The translations under genes and the position numbers were made by a program. The notes beneath the pieces are model-generated. The model was not told the DNA's origin and made no database searches. It worked only from the letters and a program-made list of their open reading frames with translations. A stretch of DNA of 64,000 bases from an uncultured Planctomycetaceae bacterium (lineage in GTDB: Bacteria; Planctomycetota; Planctomycetia; Isosphaerales; Isosphaeraceae), in NCBI GenBank assembly GCA_963833985.1, contig CAWIAD010000002.1, positions 4,736,001-4,800,000 on the forward strand, in the 5' to 3' direction. Below are positions 38,280-51,271 of the stretch, one piece after another (within the stretch, counting starts at the first letter, position 1; each line of letters opens with the position of its first letter).

Positions 38280-38365
38280 CATCCCCTCGTGGGATACGAT
38301 TCCAATCGTGTCGCTCTTCGCTCTCCATCCCCTCGTGGGATACGATTCCAATCGTGTCGCTCTTC
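38280..38365 (+). repeat. Tandem direct repeat, 2 x 40 nt (period 46), each a GTGG + hairpin REP-like unit
   Basis: CATCCCCTCGTGGGATACGATTCCAATCGTGTCGCTCTTC at 38280 and 38326; stem GATACGATT/AATCGTGTC. Confidence 0.9.
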
Positions 38366-38417
38366 AGCCTCACGATAAACTCGTCCGTTGCATCATGGCA
38401 CGCGCGGAGTCTTCCCC

Positions 38418-39479
38418 ATGGCTCGAAAGCGCCGTCTTTTCGGGACTCTGCTGAAGGTCACGCTCTGCGCGGCGGTTGTGGTCCTGCTCGTCCTCGCCGG
38501 AATCGTGGCCTGGGCGCCGATCCGCCAGGCGTGGCTGCGCCACAGGCTTGCCCGGCAACTGCGCGACCCGAGCCCTGCGCTGCGACAGGCTGCCGCCGAC
38601 AAGCTGCACTCACTGGGACAGGGCGCGGAAGCCGTCCTCATTGACGCGGTTCACGACCCCGACGCCGACGTGCGACTGCTGGCATGCGACCGGCTGAGCT
38701 GGTTCAACGAACTCTCCAGGCAGCGGCTGGAGGCGCTCCTGCGTGCTGCCCACGACCCCTCGCGCAAGGTACGCAGAGCTGCGTTCCGCGCCCTGGGATT
38801 CATGGGAACCGGTCTGGGCGTGAGCATGAGTCGCGAGGAAACCGCAGCCATCGGTGAGCGGCTCCGTGCCGGCCTGACGGACGAGGACTCCGCCGCGCGT
38901 CGCGCCGCAGCGACCGCCCTCGCCACGTATCCCGCGGAGCTGGAGAAGGCGGTCCAGGTCCTGACCCGGAGCCTGAGCGACCCAGAGCCGACCGTGCGCC
39001 TGGCCTGCGCACTCGCTTTGTTCAAGGTCCGCGGAGCCGGATGCGAATTGCCCGTTGCCGCGCTGAAGTCGCTCATCACGGAATCGGTCTCGGCGCCGCT
39101 CTCCGAGGCGCCCATCAGTCCCAGCGGAATTCTCTATGAGCTGGATCAACTGGCACCCGCCGAGGCTGCCTCTCTGCTGCCGACATTCATCGCGTGGGTC
39201 CGCAGTTCGTCCGTGCCGCACCAGCGCGCCGGGCTTGATTGCCTGAGGATTCTCGGTCCACGTGCCCGGTCCGCCATCCCGGCCATCGAGGGCCTTCTGA
39301 GTCATGCGGACTATCGGATCCGCGAGGTCTCCGCGCTCACGATCATCGAGATCGATGTTCCGTCGGCCCAGGTCGCTATTGCCGCCCTGCGACGCATGTC
39401 CACTGACCCCCAGGTTCCGAAGCCCTATCGCGACCGGTTCCTGCAAGATCTTGATGATCCAAGGTTGAAGAAAAACTGA
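38418..39479 (+). CDS. Membrane-anchored HEAT-repeat protein
   Basis: N-terminal TM; repeats LRDPSPALRQAAA, HDPDADVRLLA, HDPSRKVRRAA, TDEDSAARRAAA, SDPEPTVRLAC. Confidence 0.82.
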   Translation: MARKRRLFGTLLKVTLCAAVVVLLVLAGIVAWAPIRQAWLRHRLARQLRDPSPALRQAAADKLHSLGQGAEAVLIDAVHDPDADVRLLACDRLSWFNELSRQRLEALLRAAHDPSRKVRRAAFRALGFMGTGLGVSMSREETAAIGERLRAGLTDEDSAARRAAATALATYPAELEKAVQVLTRSLSDPEPTVRLACALALFKVRGAGCELPVAALKSLITESVSAPLSEAPISPSGILYELDQLAPAEAASLLPTFIAWVRSSSVPHQRAGLDCLRILGPRARSAIPAIEGLLSHADYRIREVSALTIIEIDVPSAQVAIAALRRMSTDPQVPKPYRDRFLQDLDDPRLKKN

Positions 39480-39513
39480 TCCGTACGTGGTTCCGCTCAG
39501 CTCACCGTGCTCG

Positions 39514-43339
<3,826 letters not shown>

Positions 43340-43372
43340 GATCGTGCGCTCCTGGCTTGTGGTCGACGAGTG

Positions 43373-43984
43373 TTATGAAGTCAAAAGGGAATCACCTTCC
43401 ACTGCTTCGATCACCGCTCGCAGTCGGGCCATGACCCGGCTCCTGGCGATGTAGACGGCACCGACCGAGATCCCCGCGGTGGCCGCGGCTGTCGCGGGCT
43501 CCTGCCCGTCCACCGCGGTCAGCCAGAAGGCCTTCCAGGTGGAGTCGCGGAACTCGCCGCGAACCTGCTCGGCCGCCCAGTGAAACAGCCGGCGGCGATA
43601 CTCGGCGTCGAAGAACGCCGTTTCCGCCGCATCGGGCGCCGGGACGCGGTCGAGCAGCTCGCGGACATCCGAATCTCCCGTCGCCTGCGGCCGGACCCGC
43701 CGGGCGGCGAGCAGATTGATCATCAGGTTGCGGGCAATCCGGAACAGCCAGCCGCGGAACGACCCCCGCGCCGGGTCGGGATCATACCGGTCAATCGCAC
43801 CGGCCACGGCCCGGAAGACCTCCTGCGCCAGGTCGGCCGCATCCGCCTCCTGAAATCCCTTGGCCCGCGCCAGCCGGTCGATGAGCGGTGCGTAGATCGC
43901 CACGAACTCTCCCCAGGCCCGCGAATCGCCGGGATCCTTGAGCCGGACCAGAAGGCTCTGCCGGGTCGCTGGTGAATCGGTCAT
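43373..43984 (-). CDS. ECF sigma factor
   Basis: TRQSLLVRL, AWGEFVAIYAPLI, DLAQEVF, GSFRGWLFRIARN, VYIARSRVMARLR; 34 nt upstream of the kinase. Confidence 0.92.
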   Translation of the reverse strand: MTDSPATRQSLLVRLKDPGDSRAWGEFVAIYAPLIDRLARAKGFQEADAADLAQEVFRAVAGAIDRYDPDPARGSFRGWLFRIARNLMINLLAARRVRPQATGDSDVRELLDRVPAPDAAETAFFDAEYRRRLFHWAAEQVRGEFRDSTWKAFWLTAVDGQEPATAAATAGISVGAVYIARSRVMARLRAVIEAVEGDSLLTS

Positions 43985-44412
43985 GCACGTCCTCCACCCA
44001 GGAACACAGCCCACCCCGGAAAGTCTTTCGGAGATTCTCGCCGGCCACCGAGCCACCCGCCAATTTTGGGTTCGTTTTGAGCCGCTGAGAGACCAGGTTT
44101 TTCACTTTATCTCCCTTTCCTAGAGAACTTTACGTCGGCCAAGATTTGGCTTCGTTCGCGCCGTTTCCGGCAAGCCCGTGTGCCATGCAATCCCTATAGA
44201 GGCCACATGCCGGCATGCGCGGGGCAGATTATCCACGTCCCGGAGACGAATTGCCCCTCTTCCGAGTATGGTGCAAGACAGCCCGGGGCGAGGGCGTTTC
44301 CGCGCAATCCGCGGAAGATCCGACGGATACCTGAGCCCGTCGGCGGGCGGACTGCGGCTGCTCCTGGAACTGCCGAAGCTGAAAATCGGTCCGGAGAGGA
44401 AGAAACCCGGAA

Positions 44413-45006
44413 TCACTCTCGCCGTACAACCCGCCTGTCGATCGCGGACTCAAGCCACGCCGTGCGTTCGGGCTCTGTCGCCGCGAAGGGCGACCACTCC
44501 TTGCGAATGAGGTCGATATCGATCTCGTCGCGATTGGCGGTCAGCAGGGTCTCGATGTCGATCTGGTCCTGAGGCCGGAAGGCGACCATCTTGGTGAGAA
44601 TCAACCCCTCGGCGGTGGCTACGCGGACCGTGTGACCTTCCGTCCACTCCAGGCGCGCGGCATCGGCGAGCGTTCGCGAGTAAAGGGGTAGGACCGGCTT
44701 GAGCCAGTCTATTCGAACTCCGCCGAACGGGAACGAGGCCACATGCTCCCGAACAAACTGCTTGATGACGATCGTTGGATCGAGCCCGAAACCCCGCTCG
44801 ACAAGGTCGTCCAGCAGTCCGGGCAACACGATCTGCGGAACCTCGAGCAGGAAGTCGACATCCCGAGTGAACCGGGGACGGCCGCGGAGTACGATCGCCA
44901 ACCCGCCGATGAGCGCGTAGCGAATCGATCGGGCATCAAACGCCTCGGCCAGAGATTCGACGGCCCGCACGGAATCGCCGGGCAAGAGGTTGGGGTCAAC
45001 GTTCAT
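44413..45006 (-). CDS. Pol-beta-superfamily nucleotidyltransferase (AbiEii/DUF6036-like), putative toxin
   Basis: YALIGGLA, RPRFTRDVDF, EGLILTK, RPQDQIDI. Confidence 0.8.
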   Translation of the reverse strand: MNVDPNLLPGDSVRAVESLAEAFDARSIRYALIGGLAIVLRGRPRFTRDVDFLLEVPQIVLPGLLDDLVERGFGLDPTIVIKQFVREHVASFPFGGVRIDWLKPVLPLYSRTLADAARLEWTEGHTVRVATAEGLILTKMVAFRPQDQIDIETLLTANRDEIDIDLIRKEWSPFAATEPERTAWLESAIDRRVVRRE

Positions 45007-45228
45007 GACGTGCGATGAAATCCCGGATGTTGCGTCGCTCGAGGAGCTTCTGCTCGTCAGCATACTGCTTCGCCCAGGCAGCCTTTGGCGACTTGCTCAG
45101 GAGGAACCTGCCAGCGGACAGCAGGCTGCGAATGGACCGCACGCGCTCCGCCGGCGAGAGCGCCGGAATCTCGCAACATCTTCCAGAATCACCTCGGTGT
45201 CGCTCGGAAACTTCATGGGCAGGTCCAT
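44996..45228 (-). CDS. Small protein (~77 aa), putative partner/antitoxin of the NTase; indel near 45162
   Basis: GGAGG RBS; reconstructed MDLPMKFPSDTEVILEDVARFR-ALSPAERVRSI...RDFIARHER*; overlaps the NTase start. Confidence 0.65.
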
Positions 45229-45296
45229 GGTCCGTCCTCCTGTCCGCGGTTCGTCGCCCGTATTGTAGCAGGCGAGACCGGGCCGCTGGAAATGGC

Positions 45297-45950
45297 TCAC
45301 CTTCGACCTTTCCTGTCCGGCGTTCCCGGCTTCCGTTCTGCCGCCTTGCGCTGACCTTCCTCGAGTGCCTTCGCCCCAAGCTGGATGGAGCGAACGTAAA
45401 GCAGTGCTTTCAGTTCCATTCCTGGCGCACCCTTGTCGCGGCTGTGCAGCAGGTAACGCTCCGGCCTGGCATCCGGATCGGACCGGACGTAGACGATGCC
45501 CGAGAGAGTGCCTTCGATTTTCTGACCGTTCTGGAGCGTGATGGCGTGGCCGTACTCGCGGATGGGATAGCTGCGGCCGGTGTAGTACTTCTCGTCGCTG
45601 GCGTTCTCCTTGAATCGCCATTCCTGCTCGTTCCACTCCTTCCGCACCGTGCAGTCGATGCGCCGGATCACCCGCAGGGGGATCTCCCGGTGCTTCTTCT
45701 GCTGCTCGTCGAAGATTTTCAGCCGGGTGTCGCGGGTGAGCTGGATGATCCCCGGATGGATCTTGCCGTCGGAGGTTTCCACGAACCCGGGGACGGCATC
45801 ATCGCGGCTCCTGTCAGCGCGCTCGGAGGGCGAGCCAAACGGGTTCAGCGCAGGGGGTTCGGACTGCTGGGCCGGCGCCGGCAGCGGCCAGGCCAGGAAA
45901 AGAACGATTCCAGGCAGCCAGGGAAGTGGTCGCGGGGCGCAGCGGTGCAT
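45297..45950 (-). CDS. Secreted hypothetical protein
   Basis: Signal-peptide-like N-terminus (..LAWPLPAPA-QQ) followed by a globular beta-rich region; divergent from the DUF4159 gene. Confidence 0.72.
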   Translation of the reverse strand: MHRCAPRPLPWLPGIVLFLAWPLPAPAQQSEPPALNPFGSPSERADRSRDDAVPGFVETSDGKIHPGIIQLTRDTRLKIFDEQQKKHREIPLRVIRRIDCTVRKEWNEQEWRFKENASDEKYYTGRSYPIREYGHAITLQNGQKIEGTLSGIVYVRSDPDARPERYLLHSRDKGAPGMELKALLYVRSIQLGAKALEEGQRKAAERKPGTPDRKGRR

Positions 45951-46189
45951 CGGCGAGCCTCCGGAAGGACGCGGAGCCCGGTGGCAGCAGGGCGGGCGGG
46001 CGCTGCCGCAGCCTGCCGGACCGTGGAGCGGGCTCCCATCGAAGATTATAGTGGAAGGAGTGGGTCACCGGTCAGGTCCCGGGAGCGTATTCAGGAAGGG
46101 GCGGTGCGGCCTCCGCTTCTCTGGATGCATTCCCGAAGCGAAGCCGGCCACCCACCCCACACGCGCAGGCGTTACTAAAGGACAACACG

Positions 46190-47770
46190 ATGTCGGCGGC
46201 AAAGCACACAGGCGATGGTGAGCTGTCGCGCAGGCAATTTGTGAAGGACTCCGCGGTCGCCTACTGGACCGCGGCCGGGGCAGCCGGATCCGGGCTGCTT
46301 GCCATGCCGGGGGCCGGATGGGCCCAGGAGGGGTCCGGCCCGGTCGATTGCGGTCCGCCGCCGAAGGCCAGGCCGCAAAGCCGGACCGGCGGTGAGTCGT
46401 TCCCGCCGCTCCCCTTGCCCGCCACGCCGTTGCGGCGCACCGAGAAGAAGCGACCGCCGGCGCCCCCCTCGCTGGTCGGCAAGATGGCCCTGGGGCCGGT
46501 GCGCTGACGTGCGCCGGGGCGACCAGCGCGTGCAGTACCGCGACTGGATGACCGACCCGGCCGACCTCGACAGCCTGCTGGCGTGGACCAACGAGAAGCT
46601 GGGCATCCACTACGGCAAGGCAGAAGCCGACTTCGAGCACTTCTCGTTCGATCCGCGGGAACTGCCGGCATTGCTCTTCGCCGGCCACAACAGCTTCACC
46701 CTGGGCGACGAGGTGCGCCAGAGGCTGGCGCGGTACGTACTGGACGGCGGCATGATCATCGGCGACGCCTGCTGCGGCTGGAAAGACTTCAACGACGCAT
46801 TCCGCCGCGAGGTCGAAGCCACCTTCCCGGGCCGGCCGCTCCGGAAGCTCACGGTCGACGACCCCATCTTCTCGTCCTATTATAAGTTAAGCCAGTTTCA
46901 CTACCAGAAGGCCGACGGCTCGAGGTACGAGGAGGCACCCTGTCTCGAGGGCATTTCCGTCGGCTGCCGCACGGCGCTGGTGTACTCGCCGGTCGACCTC
47001 ACCTGCGGATGGGACGGCCACGACCATCCCCGCGGACTGCGGGTGGTGATCGACCAGTCCCGCCAGATTGGCGCCAACTACATCACCTACTTGCTGGGCA
47101 GCTACCAGCTCGGCCGCTTCCTGAGCAGTACCAAGGTTTACCACGAGGCCGACGCCGCCAGCCGCGACGATTTCTTGTTCGCCCAGCTCGTGCACGACGG
47201 CGACTGGGACCCTGACCCCTCAGCCGTGCACAACCTGCTCAAGCACGTGCGCGACAACTCGACCTTGACCATCAAGTTCAAGAAGGTGAGCGTCCGGCCC
47301 CGGGACCCCAAGGCGATGGGCTATCCCCTGCTCTACATGACGGGCCACCACGAATTCCACTGGAATGACGAGGAGCGAGCCTGGCTACAGCACTACATCA
47401 AGGCCGGCGGCATGCTTCTGGCCGACGCCTGCTGCGGCCGGCTGGCGTTCGACCTGGCCTTCCGGCGCGAGATCGCCGGGGTCCTGCCCGAACACTCGCT
47501 CCAGTCGATCCCGCCCGACCACCCGCTGTACCACGCGCACTACGACATCGGCCGGGTGGAGTACACGCCGCGCGTCGCCGAAGACTTCGGCGCCAGAGCG
47601 CACCGAGCCTCTCGGGCATCACGCTCGACGGCCGGCTCGCCGTGGTCTACAGCCGGTTTGACCTGGGCAACGGCTGGGAGCAATTCCCTCACCCTTACAC
47701 CTACGGCTACAGCGACAAGGACGCGCTGGCGATCGGCACCAACGTGATCGTCACGGCAGTAACCCATTGA
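46190..47770 (+). CDS. Tat-signal protein with two DUF4159 domains; indels near 46506 and 47596
   Basis: LSRRQFVK; domain 1 LLFAGH/YVLDGGMIIGDACCG/DLTCGW; domain 2 GDWDPDP/LYMTGH/GGMLLADACCG/DLGNGW. Confidence 0.85.
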
Positions 47771-47832
47771 GGGAGACCTCAGAGGTAATGTGACGGGCCG
47801 GCAAAGCGCCCGATCGCGCCCGCCGGAGTGAC

Positions 47833-47865
47833 GTAGGGTGCGTCCAGCGCAGCGACGACGCACCG
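47833..47865 (+). repeat. GTAG REP-like element, same family as 35768
   Basis: GTAGGGTGCGTCCAGCGCAGCGACGACGCACCG; perfect stem GGTGCGTC/GACGCACC. Confidence 0.82.
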
Positions 47866-47908
47866 AGTTTAAACATCATACCACCCGAGCGAATCAGGAA
47901 TCGCCCTC

Positions 47909-50900
47909 ATGTCGCCCCAGGCAGACCTTGTGACCGCCCGGCTGCGAAAGACCTGGCTCCAGTGGTGGACCTGCTCGTTCTGGAGTGGGGCGGTGCTTTC
48001 CCTGGTGGTCTCCCTGGCCACGCTGCTGCTCTTCGTCACGGCCGACGCCCTGCTCCGGCTGCCGCAGCGCGTGATCTTGCCCCTGTTCGCGTTCTGGGTC
48101 GTCCTCAGCCTCATCTGCGTTGCGGCCCTGCTGTACCGCCAGCGGCGCGGCCGGCGCAGCCTGGAGGCCACGGCACGGCGGGTCGAGCTGGCGTTTCCGG
48201 AGCTGGAAAGCCATCTCATCAATCTCGTCCAGTTTGCCGGGCGCGACGGGCTGGAGGACGATCCATTCCGCCGCGCCGCCATCGCCCAGTCGGCGGTCGC
48301 GGTGGCAGACATCCCCTTCCACCAGGCCGCCAGCCGGGAGACGCGGTGGCGCCGGTTTCTGCTCTGCATGCAGACTCCGCAGGACCTGCTGGAAGCGTTC
48401 TTCGTGCTCGCGCTGGTACTCGGCCTGGCTCTACTCCTGGGAGCACTCCTGCCCACCTGGGGATCATCGACCCGGCGCATGCTGCACCCCTTCACGTTCG
48501 TCCCCACGCGCGGCTCGGTCCAGATCGTCAAGGTGACGCCCGGCGATGCCGAGGTGCTCCTGGGCGCCAGTCTGGAGATCACCGCCGAGATCGCTCACCC
48601 GAACCGCAAGGCGTATCCCGCCACGCTCTACGTCCGCCAGGAAGGAAAGCCGGAGTCCGCCCAGCCGATGCTCGCTGATGAGACCGGCGGCCGCTACGTC
48701 GCCGCGCTCTCCCAGGTGCTCGCTCCGCTTGGATACCGGCTCCAGATCGGCGATTCGCAGACGCCGGTCTACCAGGTCACCACCTATCAGAAGCCGTCCG
48801 TCGCCGGGGTGGAAGTGGCCTACGAGTTCCCCTCGTATCTGAACCGGCCGCGGGAAGTGGTCCGGCAGACGCAGGGCGATCTGGAGGCGCCCCAGTTCAC
48901 CCGGGCCGAGCTGAAAATCCACCCCACGGCGCCCATTGCCCGGGGCCAGCTCGTGCTGGGAGACACGACGATCGAGGGCCAGGTCGGCGACGACGGCAAG
49001 ACGCTCCACGCCCGGCTTCTGCTGCGGGACACGACCACGTACACCATCCACCTGTTCACCGCAACGGGCCATACCGATCCGCAGCCGCGGGTGAACCAGT
49101 TGAAGGTGCTGAGCGACGCGCCCCCGACCGTGGCCATCGTGGAGCCGGCTGGCGAGACAACCGTCGCCGTGGGCGGCAAGCCGAACATCGTGGTCCGGGC
49201 CGGCGATGATTACGGGCTGGGCGAGGTGCGGATCGAGTCCCGGATCGAGTCCCCGGGCGCGGATGCGACTCCGGCGGCTGTCCGTACGGAGGCGCGGTGG
49301 ACGACGTTCGCCGCCACCGGTGCGGTCCAGAGCCAGAACCTTGCCCTGGATGCGGCCAGGGTGAAGCCGGGGCAGACGGTCTGGGTACGGGCCGTCGCGC
49401 GCGACACGCGGAACGTCAAGCTCCCCGAGCTGGAGCTCGGGCCCCAGGAGTCGGCCTCGCCCTGGCTGCCAATCCACCTCGTGGCCGCCGAGAACAAGGC
49501 GAAGGCGGATCTCGCCCAGCTTGAAAGCCTGCGAACCGCCCTCGCGCGCATCCTTCAGGACCAGCTCCGGGCCCGGGCGGAGACCGCCGGCTTGCCCCGG
49601 AGTGGGACCGATGCCGAGGCCGGCAGCCATGCAACCGCCCTCCGCAGCCAGCAGGTCGGCATCCAGAAGGCGTCAGCGGTCCTCGTGGAGGCGATCGCCG
49701 CGACCGGCGATGCCGATACAGTGGACATCAAGCGTGCGCTCGGCAAGCTGGCCTTCGGCGCGATGGTCCAGGCCATCCGTCAGGCCGAACTGCTGCAACA
49801 GGTCAAGCTGCTGTCCGGGTTCACCAGGCCGGCCGGGGAACTGGGGGCCACCCAGGAGCAGATCATCGACGTGCTGCGCAGAATGCTCGGCGAGCTGCGC
49901 AGGGAAGCGGCCGACGTGCTGGCCGAGCTCAAGAAGCGGCCCGACACGCAGCTTCCCGCGGACGTCCAGAGCAAGCTGCGGGACCTGAAGGACAAGCTCG
50001 CCGAGTTCCTCAAGCAGCAGAAGAAGGTCATCGAGGCCACCGAGAACCTGGCCAAGAAGCCGGTCGAGGATTTCACCGAGAAGGAGAAGCAACTGCTCAA
50101 GGACCTCGCCGCGGCCGAGGACGAATGGGCCAGGTTCATGGCCGACAAGCACACTGACCTGAGCAAGCTTCCCGAGCAGGACTTCTCCAATCCGAGCCTG
50201 CTCAAGGAGCTGGTCGAGGTGCAGACCGAGCTCAAGATGGCCAAGGACGCGCTCACCAAGAAGACCGCCGACATCGCCGTGCCGCTCGAGCAGCTCGGGG
50301 CCGAGATGGCCAAGGAGATGACCACCAATATCGAGAAGTGGCTCCCGGACACGCCCGACCGCGAGCGCTGGAGCCAGGAAGAGCCGCTCACCGGCGACAT
50401 GAAGGAAGCCCCCATGGCCGAGCTTCCCAGGGAGATGGAAGACATCGTCGGCAAGCTCATGGAGGGCGAGGAAGACCTGTTCAACGAGATGGAAGACGCG
50501 TCGAGTACCTGGGCCGACTCGCTGGACAAGGGGGCCGGCTGGGATGCCATGGACGGCCCGATCTCGAACAACAGCGCACGCGGGGTGACCGGCAATCGCC
50601 TCCCCAATACCAGCGAGATCGCCGGGCGCAGTGGCGAGGGACGGCAGGGCAAGTCGAGCGGCGAGTTCGTGGGCGACACGGCTGTAGGGAAGGGGGGCAG
50701 GAACACGCCCAGCCGGCTCACGCCCGACGCCTTCGTGAAAGGGCAGGTCAAGGACTACAGCAAGGACCCCGTGGGCGGTGCCACCGGCGGCGGCAAGGAG
50801 AGCGGCGCCGGCGGTGAGGGACTGCACGGACCGATCCCCGACCGGCCGGCGCGCGACATGGGCCGCCTGGCGACCAGGCAGGCCCAGCTTCGCAACAAGG

Positions 50901-51265
50901 CCGAGGGGGTCGACCTCCGCTTCAAGGTGCTCAAGTACCACCACAACGACCTCAAGCGGATGATCGACGTGATGGCCACCGTCGAAACCGACCTCAAGGC
51001 CGGTCGCTACCAGAGCGCCCTGCGCCGTCGCGACGTGCTGCTCCAGGGCCTCGGCCAGGTGAAGACCTACCTGAAAGGCGAGTTCACCGTCCGGCAGGAC
51101 CGCACCGCCAACCTGCCGACCGATGTCCAGAAAGAGATCCTGGGCAGCATGCAGGAGCCGTCTCCACCCGGCTGGGAAGAGCTCAACCGGCAGTATTTCG
51201 AGCGGCTCACCTCGGCGCCGTCCGGGACACCCGCCTCCAGCAAGCCTCAGCCCGAAAAGAAGTGA
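47909..51265 (+). CDS. DUF4175-like large membrane-anchored protein (TMs, Ig-like domains, long coiled coil)
   Basis: Three N-terminal hydrophobic segments, DAPPTV, AGDDYGL, AVARD, K/E/Q-rich coiled coil, Gly-rich stretch, C-terminal PPGWEELNRQYFERL. Confidence 0.75.
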   Translation: MSPQADLVTARLRKTWLQWWTCSFWSGAVLSLVVSLATLLLFVTADALLRLPQRVILPLFAFWVVLSLICVAALLYRQRRGRRSLEATARRVELAFPELESHLINLVQFAGRDGLEDDPFRRAAIAQSAVAVADIPFHQAASRETRWRRFLLCMQTPQDLLEAFFVLALVLGLALLLGALLPTWGSSTRRMLHPFTFVPTRGSVQIVKVTPGDAEVLLGASLEITAEIAHPNRKAYPATLYVRQEGKPESAQPMLADETGGRYVAALSQVLAPLGYRLQIGDSQTPVYQVTTYQKPSVAGVEVAYEFPSYLNRPREVVRQTQGDLEAPQFTRAELKIHPTAPIARGQLVLGDTTIEGQVGDDGKTLHARLLLRDTTTYTIHLFTATGHTDPQPRVNQLKVLSDAPPTVAIVEPAGETTVAVGGKPNIVVRAGDDYGLGEVRIESRIESPGADATPAAVRTEARWTTFAATGAVQSQNLALDAARVKPGQTVWVRAVARDTRNVKLPELELGPQESASPWLPIHLVAAENKAKADLAQLESLRTALARILQDQLRARAETAGLPRSGTDAEAGSHATALRSQQVGIQKASAVLVEAIAATGDADTVDIKRALGKLAFGAMVQAIRQAELLQQVKLLSGFTRPAGELGATQEQIIDVLRRMLGELRREAADVLAELKKRPDTQLPADVQSKLRDLKDKLAEFLKQQKKVIEATENLAKKPVEDFTEKEKQLLKDLAAAEDEWARFMADKHTDLSKLPEQDFSNPSLLKELVEVQTELKMAKDALTKKTADIAVPLEQLGAEMAKEMTTNIEKWLPDTPDRERWSQEEPLTGDMKEAPMAELPREMEDIVGKLMEGEEDLFNEMEDASSTWADSLDKGAGWDAMDGPISNNSARGVTGNRLPNTSEIAGRSGEGRQGKSSGEFVGDTAVGKGGRNTPSRLTPDAFVKGQVKDYSKDPVGGATGGGKESGAGGEGLHGPIPDRPARDMGRLATRQAQLRNKAEGVDLRFKVLKYHHNDLKRMIDVMATVETDLKAGRYQSALRRRDVLLQGLGQVKTYLKGEFTVRQDRTANLPTDVQKEILGSMQEPSPPGWEELNRQYFERLTSAPSGTPASSKPQPEKK

Positions 51266-51271
51266 ACGAGC

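Noticed and set aside
38134..38365. Possible mini CRISPR array
   Set aside because: Only two copies of each of two different repeats, 6-10-nt gaps rather than spacers, and no cas genes; fits REP-like tandem units.
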